From positions 1-33,177 of the IMG/VR virus record IMGVR_UViG_3300032330_001458: a DNA stretch of 33,177 nucleotides; one strand, written 5' to 3'. Position 1 is the first letter of the stretch. Each line of letters opens with the position of its first letter. Both the position numbers and the translations under genes were made by a program. Below the pieces are notes generated by a model. That model was not told the origin of the DNA. It did no database searches and worked only from the letters and a program-made list of their open reading frames with translations. Source of the stretch: a virus. Taxonomy: Duplodnaviria; Caudoviricetes. Below are positions 18,823 through 26,138 of this stretch, piece after piece.

Positions 18823-19204
18823 TTTCACGCTCTGCGCGACTTGCTGAACTAGCAACCAGCGCAACGGAATCATCTAGCTTGGTTAAGCTCCGTTCGCTCG
18901 CAATAATGATCGCAGCTTCTTTGTACGACGCTGCGATTGATTTGAGCTTATCACCAATCCGTGAATCAACGTGGCCAGAAAGGCTCAGAAGCTTGTCCTT
19001 CGCGGGTAGTAAAATGCTGTTGGCGTATGCTTCACGCTCCGCAATTGTCCAGGGACTGCGCAATGGTCCAACATCCTCAATAATCGCCAACGCCTCCAAA
19101 ACTGGCGCTCTATCTGCCTTTACTTTGGCTTCATGCTGCATTCTCAACCCTTGCGCCATCATTAAGAGCGCGAAGAAAGCGGCAACCGTAAGAATCTGTT
19201 TCAT
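18785..19204 (-). CDS. Membrane-anchored/secreted helical accessory protein
   Basis: MKQILTVAAFFALLMMAQG signal/anchor from ATG at 19204; convergent with the tail operon. Confidence 0.55.
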   Translation of the reverse strand: MKQILTVAAFFALLMMAQGLRMQHEAKVKADRAPVLEALAIIEDVGPLRSPWTIAEREAYANSILLPAKDKLLSLSGHVDSRIGDKLKSIAASYKEAAIIIASERSLTKLDDSVALVASSASRAEREIRVASGTLPTDK

Positions 19205-19286
19205 GCCGAAACGTTCGCTTACTTTTTCGGAAATCAACCAGTAAAATGGACTTGTCACGTATCAACGCATGATGATATGTTGATGC

Positions 19287-19598
19287 ATGGCTTTCCATAA
19301 ACCGTTCGTGTGGTGTCAACAGCTAGGGCTTGACTCTCACCATGCAATCTCTGATGGCGTGGCTTTATGCGGTGCTGGCGCTGCTACTCAATGGGCGGCG
19401 TGGATGCTGCTAAAGCCCGATGAGATGCGCCAGAATAAGCAGTGTCCTAGATGCCTTGGAAGGGTTGCGGAGATGCGGCAGAAGGCCGCAGTTTTAGGCC
19501 GCATTGGAGGCAGTCAGAAAAGCGCAAGAAAGATCGTGGCGGCAAGGGAAAGATGGGTGAAACGCAAATCTATAAGCGTCGCTTATACAATGGCTTAG
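19287..19598 (+). CDS. Small basic protein with CxxC and LGRIGG..KS..K..AAR motif
   Basis: Motif recurrent in small phage DNA-binding proteins; start uncertain. Confidence 0.45.
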   Translation: MAFHKPFVWCQQLGLDSHHAISDGVALCGAGAATQWAAWMLLKPDEMRQNKQCPRCLGRVAEMRQKAAVLGRIGGSQKSARKIVAARERWVKRKSISVAYTMA

Positions 19599-20047
19599 CC
19601 CTTCTGTTGGTACTCATCCTCCCGATTCATAGCCTCCCATCGCTCAAGAGAAGTGATAGCTTCTCGAACGTCTGTCGCAACGTCTTTGTGTTTGCGGCCG
19701 CATCGCAGGAGCTTTTTAATCGCCTGGAAAATCACAGGGTCAGTGATTCCGTACGCTCTGGCAATGCGGTATGGGTCGGCAATCACGCCGCCTATCTTGA
19801 TGGTGTAAACGTCGTCAGATTTTGCCGCATTGTCATAAAGCGACCTGCCTGGGATTATTGGCGGTTGATTGCCGTTCATCCATTCGTCTGAATGTCTCCA
19901 ATAAGGAAACATGTTCTTTGTACGAATCCTGTGGCATGAAGTGGCAGTGTTGCTTTTAACGTCAATCGTTCCAAATTGGTCGTAATCACTATCCTTCGGC
20001 GGATCGCTAGCAACATCGCGCCAAGGGTTGTTTGGGTTGTCGGTCAT
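19595..20047 (-). CDS. DUF3310/SaV-like domain protein
   Basis: C-terminal DPYRI..AY.ITDP...AIKKLLR.G...KD...D.REAI.SLER; N-terminal WRDV..DPP motif. Confidence 0.65.
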   Translation of the reverse strand: MTDNPNNPWRDVASDPPKDSDYDQFGTIDVKSNTATSCHRIRTKNMFPYWRHSDEWMNGNQPPIIPGRSLYDNAAKSDDVYTIKIGGVIADPYRIARAYGITDPVIFQAIKKLLRCGRKHKDVATDVREAITSLERWEAMNREDEYQQKG

Positions 20048-20182
20048 TTCAAATCCTCCAAAATCAAAAGTTTCACCTCATGTCTTGAGCGCAGTCAATC
20101 ATGTTGTCTGCAACTCGCTTCGAGTCTTCCGGTTGTAATACGTTCATAATATCTGTCGTTTGCGTTGTCTGTCTGGAGTGGG

Positions 20183-20434
20183 TTAGCTAACCGTTTCGGT
20201 GAATGTGCCGTTTTTGAAAAACTTTGGATCTTTTACAATGTCTAAAGCTCGATTGACAAGAGACTGCAAATCCTTGCCTCTGAGGTCGTATCCAGAGCCT
20301 AGAACAGTTTCGCCCTCTGCTTTGTGTGGAGTATATCCGGTAAGCTGGAATCCTTGCTTGTTCATTGCGCTGGCGGTAATCTTCACAGTCCCGTTCATTG
20401 AAAGTTGGAGAAGTTGATCTTGAAGTGTTGTCAT
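20183..20434 (-). CDS. Hypothetical protein downstream of the structured RNA leader
   Basis: ATG at 20434 with A/C-rich leader; the upstream extension runs through RNA hairpins. Confidence 0.55.
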   Translation of the reverse strand: MTTLQDQLLQLSMNGTVKITASAMNKQGFQLTGYTPHKAEGETVLGSGYDLRGKDLQSLVNRALDIVKDPKFFKNGTFTETVS

Positions 20435-20668
20435 GGTTTTGATTGCTGATTTACTGAATACCGGGAAGCGGTGAGCTAGAAGAAACGGCATAGGTTCCCC
20501 ATCAAGGAGAACCCATGCCAGACCGTTCAAGCGGAGCCGCTTAGAAGTTTCCGACACTCTCTTTCGAGACAGCATCTTTTACGGGGCTTCCAATCCGACA
20601 GAAAAGTTTTGTAGCTGAGTGTGTATTTTGCTGGCGACTGTATTTCAGTCCGTCGCCTCCGTAGAAAA

Positions 20669-20770
20669 GTGAGTAGAATTGAGCGGGCTGGATTTACACC
20701 AGCAACACCTCCCAGGCTTTAGCACCCCGACAGGGCCTCTATATTTGGGCTACCGCTCAATTCTACTCAC
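20669..20770 (-). ncRNA. tRNA-like cloverleaf with an 18-bp extended acceptor stem
   Basis: Perfect IR 20669-20686/20753-20770; UA-GCCC..AGAGGC D arm; GCUGG-UGUAAAU-CCAGC T arm; enlarged anticodon arm; no CCA. Confidence 0.6.
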
Positions 20771-20806
20771 AAGCTCTTATCATGGGCTAGCTATTCGCTT
20801 TCATGA

Positions 20807-20898
20807 CCTGGAACGAGCACAAAAAAACCGAACTGGTTCCAGCAGTCCGGCTTAGTTGCAAAGGCTCGCAAGTAGTCGGGATCACTCCTGGAACGAGC
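20807..20898 (-). ncRNA. C4/CI-like antisense attenuator (repeat-hairpin-repeat)
   Basis: 12-nt direct repeats at 20807-20818 and 20887-20898 flank a terminator hairpin whose loop is complementary to both repeats. Confidence 0.7.
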
Positions 20899-20918
20899 GA
20901 AACCTTTTCGATGCGCTT

Positions 20919-20946
20919 ACTATGACAATTCGCCGCAACCAATCAA
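20919..20946 (-). promoter_or_regulatory. Putative sigma70 promoter for the structured RNA
   Basis: TTGATT-N16-CATAGT on the minus strand, just upstream of the first repeat. Confidence 0.4.
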
Positions 20947-21105
20947 GCAAAAATGTATGATACGCATTATTTGACATATTTTGACTTTCCACCTGGGGGC
21001 GATGTGACAAATTTGAGAAATCCTACACTATCCTCGCATTTGATCGGATTGATTTCCCTTGCCTTTTTGCGTGGTTTTGGCAGTCTTGCGCGTCTACATG
21101 GTGTC

Positions 21106-21156
21106 GCCCGCTAGGCTTGAACGTGATGCACTCAGGCTTAGCGGGCATTTCATTTC
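21106..21156 (+). terminator. Long hairpin/attenuator in the leader of the lysis cassette
   Basis: 15-bp stem GCCCGCTAGGCTTGA/TCAGGCTTAGCGGGC (two G-U on +) followed by ATTTCATTTC. Confidence 0.5.
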
Positions 21157-21235
21157 CCGCTTGCGTTCGAGAAAGTTGGTTGATAAGTTGCGAAATACTC
21201 AACGTTTCCTTTAATATGTCACCCTTCCGTACTGA

Positions 21236-21709
21236 ATGAGCATTCAAGACCATGATGGCCGTGTGATTGTCAGGCTTAGCACCGTTCACGAATGGGCGTT
21301 CAAGATTGGCATTTGGGCCGGTCCGTTATGCGCTCTTTGGTTAGTCGCGACGGTAACGAGCCACGATAAGATACTGAGTGTTCATGAGTTCCGGCTCAAT
21401 TCAATTGACCATGTGAAAGGCTCCGCAAGCATATCACCGACGCAGACAACGACAGTCTCAGTGGGTCAAACGAAGGAAGAAAAGGATACGCGCAAGGAAT
21501 ATCTCACCTCTGCGGAAGTAGCGGAAAAACTGGAGATGCCAATCAGGACTGTAACCGATTGGGCAAAGCGCGGCAGGTTCTACCCGCAACCATTCAAGGA
21601 TGGCAACGGCGCTTATATTTTCGCCCCATCATTTTCAATCGTGCCGCAGAATGCCGCAACTGGCGGCATTTTGCCGATCACTTTCAATCCTAACGACTGC
21701 CAAGAATGA
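21236..21709 (+). CDS. Membrane-anchored HTH protein (TM plus MerR/excisionase-type HTH)
   Basis: TM IGIWAGPLCALWLVATV; C-terminal YLTSAEVAEKLEMPIRTVTDWAKRGRF. Confidence 0.7.
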   Translation: MSIQDHDGRVIVRLSTVHEWAFKIGIWAGPLCALWLVATVTSHDKILSVHEFRLNSIDHVKGSASISPTQTTTVSVGQTKEEKDTRKEYLTSAEVAEKLEMPIRTVTDWAKRGRFYPQPFKDGNGAYIFAPSFSIVPQNAATGGILPITFNPNDCQE

Positions 21710-21888
21710 AAACACTCCTAGCTCTTTTGCTCCTTTCGTCATGCACGACGACGAAAACAACGTCAATCGCTCGCACTGACAGCGGCAAGACGTTCACGGA
21801 AGTAACCGCGCAAAAGGTAGATGCGCCTTCTGTCTTGAGTATTCTCAAAGGTGTCGTTTCTGCCGCGACTACTATCATCGGGCTGTAA
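21706..21888 (+). CDS. Lipoprotein, candidate spanin
   Basis: MKTLLALLLLSS-C lipobox; hydrophobic C-terminus; located in the lysis cassette. Confidence 0.6.
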   Translation: MKTLLALLLLSSCTTTKTTSIARTDSGKTFTEVTAQKVDAPSVLSILKGVVSAATTIIGL

Positions 21889-22184
21889 TGCTCAACAACG
21901 GAACAACAGGCCGCATGGTTGAACACCAGAGGGCAGAAAACAAGCCAATCGACGCAACTCCTATGAATATCGTTCTCACGCTAATCTCCACCAACAAAGG
22001 GTGGTTTATCCGCCAAGCCTTGAAGTGGTCCGCTTACGGTGGCTCAATTGCGACAACTTGGCTCGTCAGTCACGGCGTTGCGTTGTCCGATCCTCAAGCA
22101 ATTACGGCAGCAATCGGGACAATCGCCATTGGCTTGATTGAGTTGATCCTCTCCAAAATGGCCGCGCCGATTGCCGCGAAATGA
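21888..22184 (+). CDS. Holin (two TM segments)
   Basis: Two hydrophobic helices, immediately upstream of the endolysin; alternative start at 21963. Confidence 0.65.
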   Translation: MLNNGTTGRMVEHQRAENKPIDATPMNIVLTLISTNKGWFIRQALKWSAYGGSIATTWLVSHGVALSDPQAITAAIGTIAIGLIELILSKMAAPIAAK

Positions 22185-22645
22185 ACGCTCCATTCAAAAT
22201 CACTGGCACATGTTCGACCTTTGGCGGGCCGGATGACACGGGCGTAAGCGCGTCTGAGGATCTGGCATTGTACGAGCGGCAGGACGTTTCTACGGCCCCA
22301 AAAGGCTTGTTTCTGGAGCGTCAACCAAAAAGCACCACGGGAACGGCACGGCGACTCAATCCCAAGGCGTTTTACGTGGCGATGCGCTGGGCATACAAGG
22401 ACGGTGACAGAGGCACGGTAAAGCCAGGGCTTGGCGTTTGCCTCCCCGTGACAACTCCAAGGGCATGGCTCAAGCAAAACCCTGTCACCGTGTCCGCAAA
22501 TGGCCACAGCGTCAAAGCGTGGGCCGTCGATTGGGGGCCAAATTCCAGGACGGGCCGAATCGTTGACATGTCGCCTGGGCTTGCGGAGGCGTTGGAAGTT
22601 CGCACCGACCAGAAAGTGACGGTGGAGATTCCGCCAGTTTTATGA
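22181..22645 (+). CDS. Endolysin candidate, RlpA-like double-psi beta-barrel
   Basis: G.CSTFGG.DD, YVAMRW and VDWGP...GRIVDMSPG.A.AL motifs of DPBB lytic transglycosylase-like domains. Confidence 0.7.
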   Translation: MNAPFKITGTCSTFGGPDDTGVSASEDLALYERQDVSTAPKGLFLERQPKSTTGTARRLNPKAFYVAMRWAYKDGDRGTVKPGLGVCLPVTTPRAWLKQNPVTVSANGHSVKAWAVDWGPNSRTGRIVDMSPGLAEALEVRTDQKVTVEIPPVL

Positions 22646-22902
22646 CTGAAATCGAAAAAAGCATAAGCCTTGCTATTGAGGTGGCGTTTTACGACTGCCC
22701 TCAAAGTGAGCGGCTGTCTCGATCTTGCTTTGACTCAATGGCCAAAGCGGCGTTGGATGCGTGCATAAAAGCGGTGCCTGACGGCGGGCCGTCAGACGAT
22801 CTGCTAACCTTCGCGGCTGATTCATCACTTGGAATCATTGGCCGACTCAAGGCCATGCGCAGAATCTGGATTCCTTTTTTCGTGAAGGCCAGCAAGATTT
22901 AA
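22642..22902 (+). CDS. Hypothetical protein
   Basis: ATGA-coupled to the endolysin gene. Confidence 0.5.
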   Translation: MTEIEKSISLAIEVAFYDCPQSERLSRSCFDSMAKAALDACIKAVPDGGPSDDLLTFAADSSLGIIGRLKAMRRIWIPFFVKASKI

Positions 22903-23039
22903 CGGGCGGCAGCTTTGCGCCAAAGTACAAGCAAAGCAGGGGCGGAGCCCGTCCCCATCAATTTCGTGACGCCACGAAAATGATCACCGTTTCCCGTTCA
23001 TCCTGAGAGTAGGCGGATAGCGTTTAAACAAGGCTATTT

Positions 23040-23317
23040 TGCCCAATTTGGTCACCGCCGCAAAACGTCGCATTTATCGCATTTGTCAAATCGTCGCCTT
23101 TGGTGCGGTTTTTGGTTCAGGCACTCCAGAACCGTTGATTTTCCAAGGACTGGCGACAAAAGGGAAATATAATTCAGCTGTTTTGACTGCCTGAAAGCTG
23201 TCGCTCTGGCGTCGATTCGCGCCTAGAGCCAAGCTGTTTGAATAAGATTTGAAGCAAAATGTGACAAATGTGAAGTTTAATACGACAAATTTGCATTTGG
23301 TGCGTTGTTTGGTGCGT
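23040..23317. other. Putative intact attP region
   Basis: Non-coding region before the integrase with tandem TTTGGTGCG-like repeats (12-bp period) at 23099/23111 and 23296/23308. Confidence 0.6.
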
Positions 23318-24433
23318 ATGGCGACAGTTTACAGGCGCGGCAAATCATTGATCTGGACGGCCAAAGTCAGGGCGTGGAACGCTGCAACCTGCGCTTGGGA
23401 TTGGCTGTCACACTCGACAGGGCAGACGGACAAAGCAAAAGCGATGGGAGTAGCGGCGACATTGGAAGGAGTCGCGGCACAAGCGAAGGCTGGCACGATG
23501 ACCAAGGAAAAGGCGATCGAGGCAGTCAATGCAATCTTGAGCCTTGCTGGCGTCCCTCTGCTCACTCCCGCGCCGTTGCTCAAGGATGTTGCAGACACGA
23601 TCATTGACAGGGCGAAAACCGATTCGACCCGCAAGAAGTACCTCCAAGCGTGGAAGCTCATAGAGGCATTCGGCGCAAAGCAAAAACTCGCCACGTTAAC
23701 GGACTGGACGCCACGAGCATGTGAGCAGTTTTACGTCTCGCTGACGGACGAATATGCAGCGAGCACAGCGAACCAGCACTTCGACATCCTGAACATGATT
23801 TTTGCCCGCGCCATCCGAACGGGAGCCGCGATGACAAACCCGACTGGAGATATTCAGCGAGCGCGGGAAACGCACGTAGAAAAGGCTGTAATCAGTCGCA
23901 AAGACCAAGCTGCAATCCTGCGCACAATGCGCCGTGAGAAACGCCGAGATTGGGCTCTATTCGCCTGTCTCGGCTGGCATACCGGCCACCGTATGCAGGA
24001 CTTGCTAGACACGACGACGTCGAACATTGAAGGCGATCTAATCACGATCACGCCGCGCAAGAAGGCAAACCGCAAGAACTCGCGCACAATCGTTCTTCCA
24101 TTGCCTCAATGGCTGGCGGCATCCATTCAGCGTTTGGGCTCATTCCAGAGCCTCGGAAACGCCAGCAATGCGAGCGGCATTGTCTCGACTCAGTTCGGGC
24201 AATGGATCGTCAAGGCCGGAATTGATCCGAAGCCAGTCAAGCGCAAGAAGGCGACAATCAACCAAGTCTCGCACCACTCCTACAGGCACGGGTTAACATC
24301 GCGCCTTGCTGCTGCTGGCGTTCCTGACTCAATCGCCAGAATGGTCACTGACCACGACTCGGCGGCAGTGCATCGCCGCTATCAACATGCGGAAGTGGAG
24401 GCGTTGCGTGAAGCTCTGCGCAAAGCTCGTTGA
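23318..24433 (+). CDS. int: Tyrosine integrase
   Basis: TGHR..D (R), PRKK (K), HSYRH (HxxR), DHDS (H) and RRY (Y); arm-binding-like N-terminus VYRRGKS.IW. Confidence 0.92.
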   Translation: MATVYRRGKSLIWTAKVRAWNAATCAWDWLSHSTGQTDKAKAMGVAATLEGVAAQAKAGTMTKEKAIEAVNAILSLAGVPLLTPAPLLKDVADTIIDRAKTDSTRKKYLQAWKLIEAFGAKQKLATLTDWTPRACEQFYVSLTDEYAASTANQHFDILNMIFARAIRTGAAMTNPTGDIQRARETHVEKAVISRKDQAAILRTMRREKRRDWALFACLGWHTGHRMQDLLDTTTSNIEGDLITITPRKKANRKNSRTIVLPLPQWLAASIQRLGSFQSLGNASNASGIVSTQFGQWIVKAGIDPKPVKRKKATINQVSHHSYRHGLTSRLAAAGVPDSIARMVTDHDSAAVHRRYQHAEVEALREALRKAR

Positions 24434-24569
24434 GGGCATCGCGCAACCTGTGCGCATGATCCACTAGCTCACTAGCCGGTTCAATGCGGTGCAAATGGTC
24501 GCGGTAGCAATCGATGAAATCATCGTGCAGGCATGAAATCAGGTGTTTGTTTTTAAAGCTTGGCTTCAT
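24345..24569 (-). CDS. Hypothetical protein overlapping the 3' end of the integrase
   Basis: Last gene of the coupled leftward operon (TGATG overlap at 24569). Confidence 0.45.
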   Translation of the reverse strand: MKPSFKNKHLISCLHDDFIDCYRDHLHRIEPASELVDHAHRLRDALNELCAELHATPPLPHVDSGDALPPSRGQ

Positions 24570-24913
24570 CACTTCCCCTCCCTCGTTGGAAGTTCGCGCC
24601 ATGCGGTGACCGATGTAAATTCATCGCCACCCTTGCGCACCCATTGGTTATTAGATCGGAATGCCTCGGCCTTGATGTAACGCCCATTGTAAAGTCCCTC
24701 CGCGATAACTGAGCCAAAGTCTTCCGGCAAGTCCTGAGGGTTCTTCACAAGGTCGTGCCATTGCGCGGATTCGTGGGCCGTGATTGCGGCTTGTAAGGCT
24801 ATTTTTTCCGCCTCAATATCTGACGGTTTGAGTTCATCCAATCTCGACAAACATGGATAACTTTTCTTGAGAGTTTGCCATTGCGCACGCATGGCGGCTT
24901 CGATGGGTGTCAT
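24569..24913 (-). CDS. DUF551-like phage protein
   Basis: WHDL.KNP.DLP and VTAWRELP motifs. Confidence 0.65.
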   Translation of the reverse strand: MTPIEAAMRAQWQTLKKSYPCLSRLDELKPSDIEAEKIALQAAITAHESAQWHDLVKNPQDLPEDFGSVIAEGLYNGRYIKAEAFRSNNQWVRKGGDEFTSVTAWRELPTREGK

Positions 24914-25092
24914 TTTGCTGTGAATTTATTTGTTCTGTGAAATTTACCTTTTCCCTGGACGCTGAAACGAGAGACAGGACAAGCCATGGTCTCAGCCTTG
25001 TGCCAACCTTTGGAGCGCCCGCATAGAGCGCATTTGGCATGGACTGTGATTTTCTGCCCGTCTGGATATTCGGCGGTTAGTTCGTGAATCAT
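24910..25092 (-). CDS. Small Zn-binding hypothetical protein
   Basis: CALCG....H......CP; ATGA-coupled on both sides. Confidence 0.5.
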   Translation of the reverse strand: MIHELTAEYPDGQKITVHAKCALCGRSKGWHKAETMACPVSRFSVQGKGKFHRTNKFTAK

Positions 25093-25277
25093 GCTTTCAT
25101 CCTTTCCTGAATCGCCGCTTCGACTGACTCCATTGTTGCAATGATTGGCTTGAAACCTTTCAAAAGCAGCGCCTTCGCTGCCGCTAGCTCGGTTTCGAGT
25201 TGGCGGGCGAATGCCAATGGTACGCCCTCGTTTGGGAGCCAAGATTCATGTGCTGCATCAGTTCTCGGTGTGTTCAC
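25089..25277 (-). CDS. Conserved-type phage hypothetical protein (TPRTDA...FARQLE)
   Basis: Recognisable motif; coupled overlaps. Confidence 0.65.
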   Translation of the reverse strand: MNTPRTDAAHESWLPNEGVPLAFARQLETELAAAKALLLKGFKPIIATMESVEAAIQERMKA

Positions 25278-25504
25278 GGCTTTTCATCCATGGCTTGTTT
25301 AGAATAAACAATAACTTCGCGAACAATACCCATGTCATCTTGTGACATGAATTCACCCTTTGAGAACTCGGTTAATAGACTCTCCATCCGCTGGGCTCGC
25401 TTGAGGTGGCGAATCATTTCCAAAACGATTAATGTATCAATCAGCATTGCGTCAGACTTAGGGTCTAACAAATCAAATTTAGCTAGCGATTCCTCAAGCG
25501 TCAT
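25274..25504 (-). CDS. Hypothetical protein
   Basis: ATG at 25504 overlapping the upstream stop. Confidence 0.55.
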   Translation of the reverse strand: MTLEESLAKFDLLDPKSDAMLIDTLIVLEMIRHLKRAQRMESLLTEFSKGEFMSQDDMGIVREVIVYSKQAMDEKP

Positions 25505-25830
25505 ACCTTCGATCCTTTCGCTAGTGCTTTGCGCAGCGCGTCCGCATAGCACCCAATTGCAGACGGTGGATGCGGGTCGCTATCGAGACTCAAAAGGTCG
25601 GACTCTGGATATTCAGCCAAAAGCTCAACAAGTTCCTTGGCTCGTTGGATAATATCCCCGACCGCCGTAGGGTCGATGCCTTGCGCGATTGTGGCGTTGT
25701 AGGCGGCAATGAAATCCGCAGCATCTCTATCGCCCCGTTCGTCTCTGTGGTGAGAGATCATCACGATGTCGTCACCTCTCATGATGAGTTGATCTATTAG
25801 CTTACAGGGCTCTGGCGTGTGTGTTTTCAT
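25501..25830 (-). CDS. HTPGPW-type phage early protein
   Basis: MKTHTPEP...DAADFIAAYN...ALRKALAK; first gene of the leftward operon. Confidence 0.6.
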   Translation of the reverse strand: MKTHTPEPCKLIDQLIMRGDDIVMISHHRDERGDRDAADFIAAYNATIAQGIDPTAVGDIIQRAKELVELLAEYPESDLLSLDSDPHPPSAIGCYADALRKALAKGSKV

Positions 25831-25880
25831 GTCAATGATTTTCTTTTTGTGCAGGCAATACCCGCCGTGTGTTGTGTTGG

Positions 25881-25966
25881 AGTGTATCCATTTCCGCCAT
25901 CGCTGCAAAAGAAAAATGAAAAAGTGTTAAAATAAATTTGACTGCGCGATGATCATCGCTTTTGAT
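25881..25966. promoter_or_regulatory. Divergent early promoters with palindromic operator
   Basis: Left: TTGCAG-N16-TACACT; right: TTGACT-N17-TTTGAT with perfect GCGATGATCATCGC at 25946-25959. Confidence 0.55.
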
Positions 25967-25990
25967 CAGTCGCCGAAACCAAAAAACACG

Positions 25991-26137
25991 ATGAAACAAG
26001 TTGTCACCAGACTCGAAGACAAGGAGCACGCCGCACTATCGGCCAAAGCAAAAGCAAACCGCCGCACGATGGGGCAGCAGCTTGTTGCTATGGCTTTTCA
26101 AAATTCTAAACCATCCAAACAGAAAGCATCCAAGTAG
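25991..26137 (+). CDS. Arc/Mnt-like ribbon-helix-helix regulator
   Basis: VVTRL...HAAL..KA..NRRTM.QQL pattern. Confidence 0.7.
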   Translation: MKQVVTRLEDKEHAALSAKAKANRRTMGQQLVAMAFQNSKPSKQKASK

Positions 26138-26138
26138 T

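Noticed and set aside
20435-20575. N-terminal extension of the 130-aa minus-strand ORF
   Set aside because: Runs through strand-specific RNA hairpins; ATG 20434 has the genome's typical leader
20711-20735. CUA in the loop of the tRNA-like element, suggesting an amber suppressor or recoded genome
   Set aside because: The loop lacks U33 and a canonical closing stem, there is no CCA or TTC, long genes are intact in the standard code, and TAG serves as an ordinary stop (e.g. exonuclease)
21023-21289. 88-aa minus-strand ORF
   Set aside because: Overlaps the + strand hairpin and the start of the TM-HTH gene; no motifs
23160-23215. tRNA-derived attP core (CAGCT...AGCTG dyad)
   Set aside because: I could not match it to a tRNA arm by eye, so it is left unassigned
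23249-23317. Longer TTG start for the integrase
   Set aside because: Lies in arm-type repeats; MATVYRR at 23318 is the more typical start
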